This document shows, piece by piece, positions 50,350-62,700 of a stretch of 64,000 bases of DNA. The first letter of the stretch is position 1; each line of letters begins with the position of its first letter. The notes under the pieces are model-generated. The model was not told the origin of the DNA and made no database searches. It saw only the letters and a program-made list of their open reading frames with translations. A program made the position numbers and the translations under genes. The DNA lies in the NCBI GenBank assembly GCA_965112155.1, contig OZ218102.1; one strand, written 5' to 3'. This stretch comes from Podarcis liolepis. Taxonomy: Eukaryota.

Positions 50350-50814
50350 CTTTAGGTGACTGTATTTTTAGATGTAGCAATAAGAACAGTGCATGATCTG
50401 AGATTATGTCCCAGGATCTCTTGCAATGACGGCATGTAATTAGAAATGTGGGTCAGCATCCTCTGAAATATTGTAGAGGATCCTGTGATACATCTCACTC
50501 AATATGCACTCAAACTATGTAGCAAAGTATTTCAGGAAGGTCCTAAATCTTCCCACACTCCAACTACAAACCAGCAGAGATTTCAGAGGTGTAACATTCA
50601 GAATGTAATGTCCCCAAGCTTCAGCATCAATACAGAATTGCAACATTATAAAAGTAGGATTTGCTGATGACAGCAGGACAGAACAACTTCTGAAGGAACT
50701 GTTGAGCATAATGACACTTGAAAAATTCAAATCACACGACATAATGCATCTATGACAAGCATTAGGAGAGCACTATAGCAAAGGTTTGCTATAGGTCAAT
50801 GTCAGAGAAACACC

Positions 50815-51660
50815 GATTTGTAGAGTTGTACCCCAAGGGTCATCTAGCCCAACCACCTGCAATGCAGGAATCTCAGCTAAAGCATCAGTGACATAGGGCC
50901 ATTCAACCTCTGCTTAAAAACCTCCATGGGAGAAGCATTCACAGGCTCCTGAGGAAGTTCCACTGTCCATACCACTATCAAACAGCTCTTACTGTCAATG
51001 TTCTTCCTAATGTTTAGTCAGAAATTCCTTTCTTGGAACTTGAAGCCATTGGTGCGGGTCCTACCCTCCAGAGCAAGAGAAAAAAGGTTGCTCCATCCTC
51101 CATGTGACAGCCTTTAGTTATCTTAAGATGGCTATCATATCTCCTCTCAGTCTCTTCTTTTCCAGGCCAAATATAACCAATTCCTTCAAACCATTCCTCA
51201 TAAAGCATGGTTTCCAGACTCTTGATCATCTTGGTTGCCCTCCTCTGCACATCACCTTCCAGTTTGTCAATATCCTTAAGTTGTGGTGCCCAGAACGGGA
51301 CACGGTACTCCAGGTGTGGTCTGATCAAGACAGATTAAAGCAGAACTTTCCTTGATAAGGATATTATACTTCTGTTGATGCAGTCTAGAATAGGATTAGC
51401 TAAGCATGTGGTCTAGTAAGACCGGTCTTTTTCACATGTACTACCGGTAAGTCAGATGTCCCCATCTTATATTTATGCAGCTGGTTCTTCCTGCTTAAGT
51501 GTAGAACCTTACATTCATCCCAACTGAAATTCATTTTGTTAGTTTGGGCCCAGTTCTCCAATCTGTTATGGTCATCTTGAATCCACATTCTGTCTTCTAC
51601 CACATTAGCTACCCATTCCAGTTTGGTACCATCAGCTAACTTAATTGGACCTGCCTCCAT
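50815..51660 (-). mobile_element. 5'-truncated CR1 LINE
   Basis: Peptides KLADGTKL..VAN..EDR..IQDD.NRLENWAQTNKMNF and IRPHLEY.V.FWAPQ.KDIDKLE; CR1 3' end. Confidence 0.88.
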
Positions 51661-53535
51661 TAACCCCAAACCCCACTACTCCAATAGTTAAAAAAAAGAC
51701 AGCAAGCTGGTTGTTCAACTCCATAACACATCTAATTGTTTAAAACACAAAGCTAGTTTAAAAGCCTGTGTTTGGACTTTACAAAATAGGTTTACTCATA
51801 GTCCACTAACCGTTAAGTAGTGTGGAACTGTGTTATTGATTTGCTCCCCTGATATATGTTATCTTGTATAACCTAATGGGCTTATTACTGTGACATAACT
51901 CTATGTGTGCTCAATTACCCCAAGAAATCCAGAGAATGTAGATCTGAGCATCCTAGGCTTTTTGCAGTTTTGTGAAGGGGGACTCTAAATGCACATCAAA
52001 TATCCTGCACCCACAGTAAATAATTGGATCAGAGTGCATGAATACTTTGGCAATCAGAGCCTCAGAGACACTAATTTCAAAATGACAGAAGGTCTCTCGT
52101 ACACTGGCATAAATCATGTTTCCCCCTGTCCTTTTCATTACTTTATCTCACAACGATCAAATGTTATCTGTAAAAATACTGCTTCAAAATTTATCTCTGC
52201 AAAAAATGGGTGCTTTACAAACTCCTGAAAATTAAATCATATGCTGGATTTTCCAACTGCACCTTGGAAACTAGGATTGCAATTCTAAACATATTTATTG
52301 GAGATCAAGCCCAGAATAATACAATGAGAATTAATTCTAAGTAATAAACACACGTGGGATTGAACTGTAAAGCTTATTAAAATTAAAAGTGATCCAGTGT
52401 AAAATGCAGTGTTATAAAGGCTTATGTTAAATATGCTTATTCAGAAACAGCAGAACAGTAAGTAAATCCAGATCATGGTCACAAAGACAGATGGATTTTG
52501 GATGACTAAGGAATTTGATTCAGTACTGGGGATCCCTTTGTCCTGGGAGCACAGGACTCAAGCAGAAGGTCTGTTTTCAGGAGAGCAGGGAAGTGGAACC
52601 TAGGGCTACCATGAAATATTCAGTTCCACACCCCACAGAGTGCTGTACAATCCTACTCTACAGAAAAGCAAAGTGGGAAAGCCCTCTTTTTAAAAAGCTG
52701 TATAGTTACCATGTCAACAGCTGACAGACTAATTCCAGTATTTTTCATGTTTTGAATGAAAGCTTTAAATAAGCATATCACAGAACAGATGCAAAATGTT
52801 CAGCAGTTGCTGCCTAGAATACATGACATTTATGAAGAATTCAAAAGTTATGCTAGCTGCTGGCAAGTATGCAGGTAAATTAGTGAAGGGCAAAAATCAG
52901 GATATTTTCCCAACTGATTATTCAGAAATACACAATATTTCTATGAAAAAATGAAAAGCAGAGGGCAGCAGTATACAAGTCATGGATTCTTCTGGGAACT
53001 CTTGGAACTACAGTTTTTTTCAGAGAGATAAAGGCTCTTGAAAAAATCCATCAACCTCACACAATTAACCACTTTCACTTAAGGAAAAATTGTGATTTTT
53101 AGGCCTCTCTAAATGAAACAGGAAGTGCCATCTTATATACATTTACTCAGAAGTCCCACTGAATTCAATGGGATTTACTCCAGACAAGTGTATATATAGG
53201 ATTGTAGTTTCAAGTTAGAATAATAGCTATACTGTGACTATTTTCTCAATTTAAAGATGAGGTCGAGGCTAAAGGACTGTTTACTTGCCAGCAATTCTGG
53301 GGGCGAGAGATATATAAACTGGGACATATTGCTTTCATGCACTTAACAAATGCATGTTAAGTGCCATGGGTGGCCAATCTGTGACACAGACAATGTAATT
53401 GGCGGGTATCTGCTCACCAGAACTGTGTGACTGTATGTTCCATAGCTCAGCATTTAGGGGCACAAACTATCTCATGGCACACCAGGGGGTGGGGGTACAT
53501 ATGTGTTCATTTGGCTCTAGATTGGCACATGCTCA

Positions 53536-53660
53536 GAAGAGGAGGAGTTTGGATTTGATATCCCGCTTTATCACTACCCTAAGGAGTCTCAAAGCCGCTA
53601 ACTATCTCCTTTCCCTTCCATCCCCACAACAAACTGTGAGGTGAGTGAGGCTGAGAGACT
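53536..53660 (-). mobile_element. SINE 3' fragment with L2-type tail
   Basis: Minus strand tctctcagcctcactcacctcacagt...ttgagactccttagggtagtgataaagcgggatatcaaatcc. Confidence 0.6.
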
Positions 53661-54160
53661 ACACCATGCTGGCTCTCAGACATGCCTTGTGGAATCAGCT
53701 AGCAAAGAAGCCTGACCACCATTGTTATACACTGTGGTGTATAACTTGGGACAGAATCCTGAGCTGCTCCAACCTGTATTGATATTCTACACTGCTGAAA
53801 AGAGGGGTAATTATGTTTACATGCTTTTGCTCTCCACAGCTGACTATATCCAAAGCCAGATCTTTGACGAGACACTTGAAGTCATACTCTTATTTTATTT
53901 TTAAACACAGGGAAGACACAGACTGTCAACTTGGTGAAAAATACTTGGAAATATTTCCCATTTAACTGCTTTAAGTTTAAACTAGCATTTAAATAAAATG
54001 CATGTGAACATGTTTCTGCTGAACACAGGCGAATGGTTCTGGGAGCAGTTGCTACCTTTGAAGAAATGCTGATTAAAATTCGGTTTTAATATGGTCAACT
54101 TGGGGCTGGGTTTTACATATTTTAAAACGCTGCATGCGTATTCTGCCTGTTTGCACCGTA

Positions 54161-54282
54161 ACAGTGTGGCTAAGGAGGCTAATTACATCAAGTACTGCCA
54201 GGTAACACGGTAGTTTGTGAATGTGTGTACACACACGTTACCTGGCAGTACTCGATGTAATTAGCCTCCTTAACCACACTGT
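54161..54282. repeat. 46-bp inverted repeat with 30-nt loop in KPNA4 intron 1
   Basis: Arms 54161-54206 and 54237-54282 differ at 2 positions. Confidence 0.9.
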
Positions 54283-54439
54283 GTGTGTGTGTGTGTACAT
54301 GTAGCGCCCTAAAAGCTATTTTTGCCGTGGTGTGTAGCTCACAAAGTCTAGTTCCTACGGAGAAAACGCGTGTCACGAGAAGCGGAGAGAGAAAACAGTA
54401 GAGACAACATGTCATCTGACAGGCAGTTTCCATGTCAGG

Positions 54440-56420
54440 CAGCTGAGTGGGTGGGTAGAGAGGGGCGCCTCCATCCGCTCCAGCAGGGCTGCTGTCCTCC
54501 TCCCATTTCCCGCTCTGCTAACCCTGGCCCCAGCTACTGCCCCTTCCCACCCGCCTGCCGGGAAAGTCCGAGGCCCAGGACGGAAAAGGAGAGGCAGAAA
54601 AGGCCTGCCCCGCTCTCTCCTCCAACGCCCCCCCCCCTCGCGAAGCATCCTCGCCACGGTGAGCAGAAGCGGCCAGGCCTGGGCCCTCCCAAAGCCCGCG
54701 GGTACGGAGTGGCGACGCGTCCCCTCGTGAGGAAAAGCCAGCCAACCCCACCCACCCGCCGGCCGGCCTGCCCTGTCTCTCCGCTGACGGAGCGGCCGAC
54801 TCGGGCTCAGGCCTCGCCTCGAGGTAGGTAGGCCCCGCCACGGGAGATTAGCAGAGACGCCACAGCCAACCGCCTCTGCGGCGGAGGCCTTGTCCGAACT
54901 GATCCCCGACCTCGCTTGCCGGCCCACCCGGCCCCTCCCTTCGCGCGAAGCGGGCTGCTAGGCCCGGGCTAAGGAGGGAGAAGAGCTACCTCCAGGTCTC
55001 GGCCTTTGTTCTTAAAGTTCTTCAGCCGTTGGTTGTCCAGCTTCTCGTTGTCGGCCATGGCGGGAGGTAGGGAGCGCGGCCTCTCCTCTTGCCTCTCCTC
55101 CCTCCTCTTTCTCCGTCGACACCCAGGCCGGACCCAGCCGGGCCCCTTCTTCCCGGCGCCGCTTCCGCCCCTTCGCCTCGCTCGCTCGCCTTCCCTTCTG
55201 CGCCGCGGCGGGTCTCCCTGGCTGGCCTGGCTTGGTGGCGGGCTGGCGGGCCAAACCGGGCGGCCTCCTCCTCCTCCTCTCGCCTGCTCAAGTCGCTCCC
55301 GGCTGGCTTAGGCCTTCCCAGGGCGGCGGAATGTGCCGGTAGCGAAGGGAAGAGAGAGCGAGAGAGAGAGAGAAAGATAGGGGGGAGGGAGGGGAGGGGA
55401 CGGGCATGGGGCAGGGGAGGAGGCAACAGCCTCGCTCTCAGACGGACGGCAACGGCCACGCCCACCTCTCCCTCCCTCGCGCGCGCTCGCTCTCCCTCTC
55501 CCTCTCCACCCCTCCTCCCGGCACCATCCCCCTCCGACAAGCGCTGGCCTGATTGGCTGGCTCTCCTTGATGGGCAAAGGGGAGGCTCGCCGGCACACTG
55601 GAAAGAGTGGAGGTGGGTGGGAGGAAAATACGCATTCGAGGGGGAGGGGGGAGGAGGAGAGGAGAAGAAGGCGGGGCCGTGAGGGGAGCGAACTGCGCGA
55701 GCTCGGGTTTCGCAGCGTATTTCCTTCCCCAACCGCCAGGGGGGAAGCGGCTCTTTCCCCGCCCCCTCACGCGCGCACACGCCCAGGCGCGAGGCCCTGG
55801 CAGCCATTTTGGGGGCTGTGAGGCGGCTTCGGGAGCGCCGTCCCCGGAGTAGGGCAGGAGGAGCTCTTAGGCTGGCCGCTTTTGGCAGGGGAATAAAAGG
55901 CACGACCGGGTTGTTTTCGGCAGATTTATCCCTTCCTTCCTTCATTTATTTCCTCCCCCGCCCATCATCGTATCGAAGAAGAGCCGGAGAAGCTCGCGGA
56001 AAGCCCTGGTTCAGAAGTTGCGCACTTAAGTCGCGTTGAGTTCAGTGGTGCGAGGTTAACCCTCAGGAAAACGGGGCGTAGGGTCGCAGCCTGTGTGTGT
56101 GTGTGTGTCTTTTTTTTGGAAACAGTCGCCAAAGTCAGCAGGTAAGCCGCAGGGGTCAGGCATGTTCCGGGGGGAGGCACGGTAACGCTCCTTCCCATCT
56201 CCGGCGGCTCCTGCCAGAAAAGTCCCTTGCGGAGCAGAGGCGGACTCAGCCTCGCACACTGCCAAGAAAGAAGAGCGCTGATCGAGGACGTGAAATCGGG
56301 CGCGTCCTCATCTGAACGTTTGAAAAGACGAAACGGCGCGGTTTTATTGCGCCTGCTGGGAGAACCGAATACAGAAGCGACACGGGCGCCGTCCCCGTTT
56401 TGCTGTCCTCTGTGCGGTTC
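54440..56420. promoter_or_regulatory. KPNA4: KPNA4 CpG-island promoter
   Basis: About 2 kb GC/CpG-rich tract spanning exon 1; CCAAT (gattgg 55551), GC boxes, YY1-like gccatttt 55803, (GA)n tract. Confidence 0.85.
54990..55058 (-). CDS. KPNA4: KPNA4 exon 1 coding part (importin alpha-3 start)
   Basis: ccgccATGg Kozak; MADNEKLDNQRLKNFKNKGRDLE; donor gtagct; the 17 exons sum to 1566 nt (521 aa plus stop). Confidence 0.97.
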
Positions 56421-59357
56421 CTTTGGCAGTTGCCAGGGTTGTAATAAACTTATGAACTCTTGTTACAGTTGTGATAATTGTATTCTCGACTTGGGTTTTT
56501 TCTGAGGGCACGGGGCCGTCCTATGCAGAAATTGTGCACGTGATAAAATTATCTTAAGACTATGGTTCCCAGTTACTGGGGGTCTGCGGAATGCACTCGG
56601 GGGTCCGCAGCTCCATCCCTTTCCTCCCCCCCCCAAAAAAAAACTTATTTTTTGTCATTTTGCATGGTAATATCGCAGGTGTTATGGTCGGTTTTGAAGT
56701 CATACTGTTTTAGTGCTTTGTACTTTTTCCACATGTTGGCCAAAATCGGTTTTGAAGTCATACCGCAATAACGATTCTGACCAGCAATACGCAGCAATAT
56801 ATATCGCTCCTCGCATGAGGAAGAGCAGGGCAGCTGATTTCAAGGTCCCATGGATATCGCACGTTTCTGAGCTGAGGGCGACCAGGGCAGCCAACCTCAC
56901 TTCAAGGCACCGAATTCACTTCAAGGTACCGTGGCACAACCTTCAGCTTGGCACCAAGGCTGAGCAGCTTCTCACAGTCAACAGGAAAGCAGCAGCAGCC
57001 ACAGTGGGAGTACATCATCGCTAGCTGCACCCCCCATCCCCTCCCACTCAAACCATGTAGGAGAGGTGACTCCGCTTCCTCTCTTCCCCCCACTCATCCG
57101 ATCTCCGACTCCTTCCCTCATGCCTACATCGTGATATATCGGAATATTGTGATGTTTAGCTGCTGATATATCATGATTTTGAAAACCTATATCGCTCAGC
57201 CCTAGCCTGTTTTTTTAATACACCTAAAATCCTTTGCTGATTAGGGGCTACCCCATATTTTGTTCCAAAAAGTGCTTTGCAGAGGTAACTACCATTGAGT
57301 TATCAAAACTTTCAAAAGTAGAGGGGGCTGTGGCTTGGCTTTTAAAAAATAGGGGGTTATCCATAACTAGCTAATTGGGAACCACTGATCTAGGGCAAGA
57401 ACTTTAATAATTTTGCACAAGCAAAACAGGAGATGCAATCTTTTCTACTTTGTTTTTTTGAATATTGGTGGGAACTCTCTCCTGCTGAAAATTCTTAAGT
57501 ATCTAGTGTGACATTCATACTGTCTCCCCACCTGCTGCTCTTACATAATTGTTAACTGCATGTAAAACCATAGTATGTGTTCCGTTCCATTCAATGCTCT
57601 GCTTTTGGAACGAATCGGGAAATGAGCATTGGGAAGAGAAAATACATCTTGGTGGTGGAATGGGTGCTGGCCAGTTGGTGCCAGTCAGAATTAGCTTCTG
57701 TTGCTAACTTACAAAACTAGATTATTTTTTCAACAAAAATAGCAGGTAGCTGTGCTTGTTCATTAAAAAAAAAACAACCAAAACCAACAGTTCCTGTAGT
57801 AGAAAGTCTGGACTCCAGTTCCCATTGACTTAAGACAGGAAATAGCTTATGATGGGAGAGTGAAGGGAAGCAAGGGTTAGTAGATCACTCTGATCCCTGC
57901 ATGGTGCAGTGCCTGAGCCAGCAAACTGGGTTCTTCTTGAACCTTTTCAAAATGGTGAAAGCAGAACAAATACAGGCATCCTCTGATTCTGATTGTTTTC
58001 CATGTTATCGCGCATGATGGTGGAACACGCATACGCCTGTTCTGCCCCCTTTCTGGCCACTTTTGTGTGCCTCTGATGTGTACATGAGCAGTCACCATCA
58101 CACGCATATCAAACACATGTAAATTGGTCATTGCCTGTACCTGAAAGAGAGAACACAAGGCGTTAATGTTCTTTTTTGGGTCCTGAGTATTTCCAATGGA
58201 ATAATAAACCTGTGGAGAAGGCATGGGCTGGAGAATCCCATAGAGACTAAACAGACTTAAAAGGTTTTGTTTTCTGAGGGGAAGGGTTACATAAAACAAG
58301 GGAATGAAATTGTGAACCTGGCTAGATGAGGGGTTTGTATACTAGAGTGGAAGTTTCGAGCTGTGGGGCATTTAGGGTCTGACTTACAGGACAAAGTTGA
58401 ATTTTATGTCCAAAATTGAATACTGATTCTAAGATTGATATTTACCATAAGCATCAGTGTAAAAGTACTGAATGCAAAAAATATTTTGTATGTAGCCTTG
58501 GATAAAATATCCTAACCTTAAAAAATGCAACTGACTCATCACTTTACTGGTAGAGATAATGTTAGTTGAAAAGAAAGGTGCTTTAGTTCTTGTCAGCTAA
58601 TGAACAGCCAGAAGTGTGTCTCTGTGTTGGTCATGTACAAAAGGCACCTGCTGCTAAATAAGACTGATTTGTATCCAACCAGAGCTTTTGGTCCTCATGG
58701 AAGAGAGAACAATTTTCCCTCTTGTTAGGGAAGGTAACTAGTATGTACCATTGTATACTTCCTCTATCATGATTGCAAAGAAAACACCATGCCTTGATTG
58801 CACTGTCACTTGTAGCAGAAAACTCAAAGAGCCAGGGGCGCATCCTGTATGACAGCAAGACGAAACATCACAGAAACAATCGCTAGAAGAAGAAAAACAA
58901 TATTTTGCAACCAGTGAAGCTTCTGCACTACTTTAATGAAGACCTCAGCACATTTCAGCATGGTCGAAAAATGCTTCTTGGATCTGAGTGTTCTATATTG
59001 TTTACATACATCATATGCAAGAATTATCATCCCCATATGTTTGAGCTTCTCTTATATAAAATTCCACATGCTACACAGTTTGAACAGGCATCTTTTCAAC
59101 GTTTCACCAAATTTTAAAGTTTTCTATTGCATTAATTTGGGGTGAGGGTTGTTCCTTTGAAAAAACAAGGATAACTTTTTCCTGCATTTTCTTCTGGACC
59201 TTCACATCTTTTTCTTAAGAGTAAGTTAAAACATTTTCATTTTAACTGATAAAACCTGATCTTTATGCGAGGAATTCAAAGATGTTTTTTACTTAGCGTA
59301 GACCCACAAAAATTAATGAACATGACTAAGTCCATTCATTTCAATGCAACTACTCTG

Positions 59358-59359
<2 letters not shown>

Positions 59360-59393
<34 letters not shown>
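59360..59393. repeat. (TAT)n microsatellite
   Basis: About 11 tandem tat units. Confidence 0.9.
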
Positions 59394-62008
59394 GGCCTTT
59401 ATTTGCATAAGTTTAAACAATAAAATCCTACAAAGTCATCCAAATACATTGATAATCCAAACACATACACTATATAAAAGACTAGATAGCCACCGTTGAA
59501 TAAATCAGGCAACTTTCAATTTAGTTTTAAAGATCTCTGCTAAATACCCCGAAACAATCTTGGTAGTTTACTCTGAGTAAAACACTGAGTAAAACTTAGT
59601 TGAATACCACCCTATGTCCCCATATTATTATATATTTGTATTGTTATTTACTGATAATATATTATGTATAGTCACTATCTTACAACGTTCGGTAAAGTTT
59701 GTTAAAATATGTTCCTGTTGCTTGCCTGTTACCTGGGAATATCAGTGTAGACCATAATGGGAATATTGCTAAGGACTTTGTGCTGGATCCAAGATCTCAT
59801 ATTTCCCAGTTCTGTAATGATCAGAAGCTTATATCACCTACCTGTCCCATAGAAATGATTGTTGAAGCCATTGGTAAATTAAGAAATAATTTAGGTTGTA
59901 ATTCTATGCATACCTGCTTTGGAATAAGCTTAATTCAAAACACGCCCACACTCACTTCTGTAAACATGCATGTATAGAGTCCCTGTAGTTTGAAGACAAG
60001 CTTAGAATATTCACATGGGAAAATGGGAAATGGAAGCCAATTAGTTTGAACATATTCTTGTCATTTAACATTAAAGGAGGAAAATTTACAATATTCATAA
60101 TTTAGTATGTGCCCCCCAGACACATCATCCCAGGAAGTTTTCCAGTCATTTGCTTGCCTGTGAATCTGGCTCAGCAGAGGTTTTTCTAATTGCTTAGACC
60201 AGTGAATAGCTAGCTCCAGAAACTTTCATGGGAGACGGAGACCTGCTCTGGTAAAAGGTGAAAAGAAGCCTCTTTGTTGACTTTCCTTTGACCAGAGCTG
60301 GCTGGTGACACCCAGTCTTACTCACTGCCAGGCATCTCTGAGATTAACATGCACACCCAGTTCAGAGTTGAGAAGCAGGCTTAAATCCTGACAGCCAAGC
60401 TCAGTAAAGGACCTGTGCTTGGGATTTTTATTCAAGTATCTTCTTATGCTTGGTTGTGTTTGTTTTTTATTTTAATTGACTTAGTCCCCAAGTGGCACAA
60501 CTAGGCAGTACCTGATTGACAGAATAAAATAATAGAAATTCTGCAATAAACAATTTTTCCAATAAACAATTCCACTTTTCTATATTGTGCAGCTTGTTTG
60601 GAACTTGATATGCAACAAGAAGTCATTTCTTTGGCCACAGGCTGCCATGGCACAGATAAGATTAGAATTTTGCTGCCAATGCAAGCTGAGACAGAGAAGA
60701 ATTGATAAGGAGACAGCCTGCTTGCTGTGCACATGTAATTTCAGCAATAGTAACCAGAGTAGGCAAAAACTAATGGTTTGTGTAAATACTGTTCTTTTCA
60801 AGTTTGCCCTAGTTAAGGAAGTCTCTTTCAAAGTTAGGAACAATTGCTGAGAATTTATGGGAGTTCTTTTATCTCACCATTTTTTCTGGAACTCCCCCAA
60901 TGTTACAGCAATGTTCAGCTCAGTGATTAATGGTCCCCCCCCCCCCCGAACTTAAGAATGATTTGCTGGTACACTGTGCCTGCTTATTGCTTCCTACATC
61001 CCCTGCTGCCTCCTTTCATTCTTACACTGCAAGCTCTGTGGGGCACAAACCACAGCCCTGCCTGGGGGAGTTTCATGGGGCACTGCTTCTAAGCTGGGCT
61101 CTATCTACTCCTCCTGCTTCTTTCCTTTATACTCTCCTATCCATTTCTTGTTCCATCCTACAACAGATTGTGTAGGCGTATTTTTCTTGGGGGGGGGGAG
61201 TGTATTTTCACAACAGCTCTGCAGGAAGAGAGCCTCTTCTACACCACCGAGGAGCCACAAATTGATTCAATTTGCTTTTTTTTTATTGCCGCCACCCTAT
61301 CTTTCAAGCCATAAAGATTCCCAAGTGAGCTTGCTTTATTTATTTAACAAAAACTATATACTGCTTGATAGTAAGAAACCTCTAAGCAGTTTGCTTATTT
61401 ATGTAAGGTTTACTTACTTATGTAAAAAAAAAAATGACTGCTATCTCAGGGATGGAGCCGCTGGAGCAGCTCACGGTCGCCATAAAAATCTATCGCAATA
61501 AAAAACAGTGTAAAATCTCCATAAATATAATATGCATGTTGTAAACAATATAAAACAGCATGGAAGAAAATGCAGCCGTGCAAACGCCCATTAACAATTT
61601 GCTGGAGCTTGATCAACAGCCTGGGAAAACAGTTGCATTTCACCTTCCTGTAAAAGGAGGCATTTCAGCTGTTGGCAGCTGTGTGGTCTCCTGCCGGGCT
61701 ACATGCTCCTTTCTTCCCCATGGAACTGCAGGTCTTTTCACTGTCCAAAGGCAGAAAGAGAGAAAAGTTGGCAGCCTGGGTATAGCCAGGACTTGGGGGG
61801 GAGGCCTTTTTTTGGGGGGGGAAACCTCAGCTCTCTATTTATATTGATTTGAAATACACCCATGGTTGGCAGATAATTAGTTTCCTGGCTGCACACTTCA
61901 CATATCTGGGATTGAGGGCCTACACACATGGTAGACTTAGCCAGTGTCTGAGATGCCACTAAAAACAGCCTTCCTTTAGCGGTTGTGTTTATAACAATTG
62001 GGACTACT

Positions 62009-62351
62009 TGCTGGAGGAGACTCTTGAGAGTCCCATGGACTGCAAGAAGATCAAACCTATCCATTCTTAAGGAAATCAGCCCTGAGTGCTCACTGGAAGG
62101 ACAGATCCTGAAGCTCAGGCTCCAATACTTTGGCTACTTCATGAGAAGAGAAGACTCCCTGGAAAAGACCCTGATGTTGGGAAAGACTGAGGGCACAAGG
62201 AGAAGGGGACGAGAGGGCGAGATGGTTGGACAGTGTTGTTGAAGCTACTAACATGAGTTTGAAAAAACTGCGAGAGGCAGTGGAAGACAGGAGTGCCTGG
62301 CGGGCTCTGGTCAATGGGGTCACGAAGAGTCGGACACGACTAAACAACAAC
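62009..62351 (+). mobile_element. RTE-BovB LINE 3' fragment
   Basis: CWRRLLRVPWTARRSNLSILKEISPECSLEGQILKLRLQYFG..MRREDSLEKTLMLGK.EG.RRRGR; ends cacgaagagtcggacacgactaaacaacaac. Confidence 0.92.
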
Positions 62352-62394
62352 ACACGGATCACTCCAAATTCACTCTGCGGACCACATGGTGAAT

Positions 62395-62700
62395 TGTCTG
62401 TGTGGCATGAAGGTTGCAGGTGTTACCTAAATAGCTTGGTAGATAGTGTTGGAGAGGAGTCAGTTGTCATGGTGCATGCTGGCACCAATGGCAGATGTGA
62501 GGTAATCGGAGCAAAATTTAGGTTGCCAGGTAGAATACTGAAAGCCAGGACATCCAAGCCAGCGTTCCCTGAAATGCTACCGGTTTCACGCAAAGGGCCA
62601 GCTAGACAGGCACAGCTCTGTAGTCTCAATGAGCCAATGTGAGGATGGCTTTGGATTAGTTAAGCTCCACTTAAACTGGGATGAAACCACACAGTTGGTC
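62395..62700 (+). mobile_element. CR1 ORF1 (SGNH-esterase-like) remnant
   Basis: LVDSVGEESVVMVHAGTN...AKFRLPGRILKARTSK.AF.EMLPV.R.GPARQ resembles the CR1 ORF1 HVGTND motif. Confidence 0.7.

Noticed and set aside
54370-56505. Many overlapping ORFs up to 307 aa
   Set aside because: Stop-poor CpG island; low-complexity translations; the real coding part is only KPNA4 exon 1
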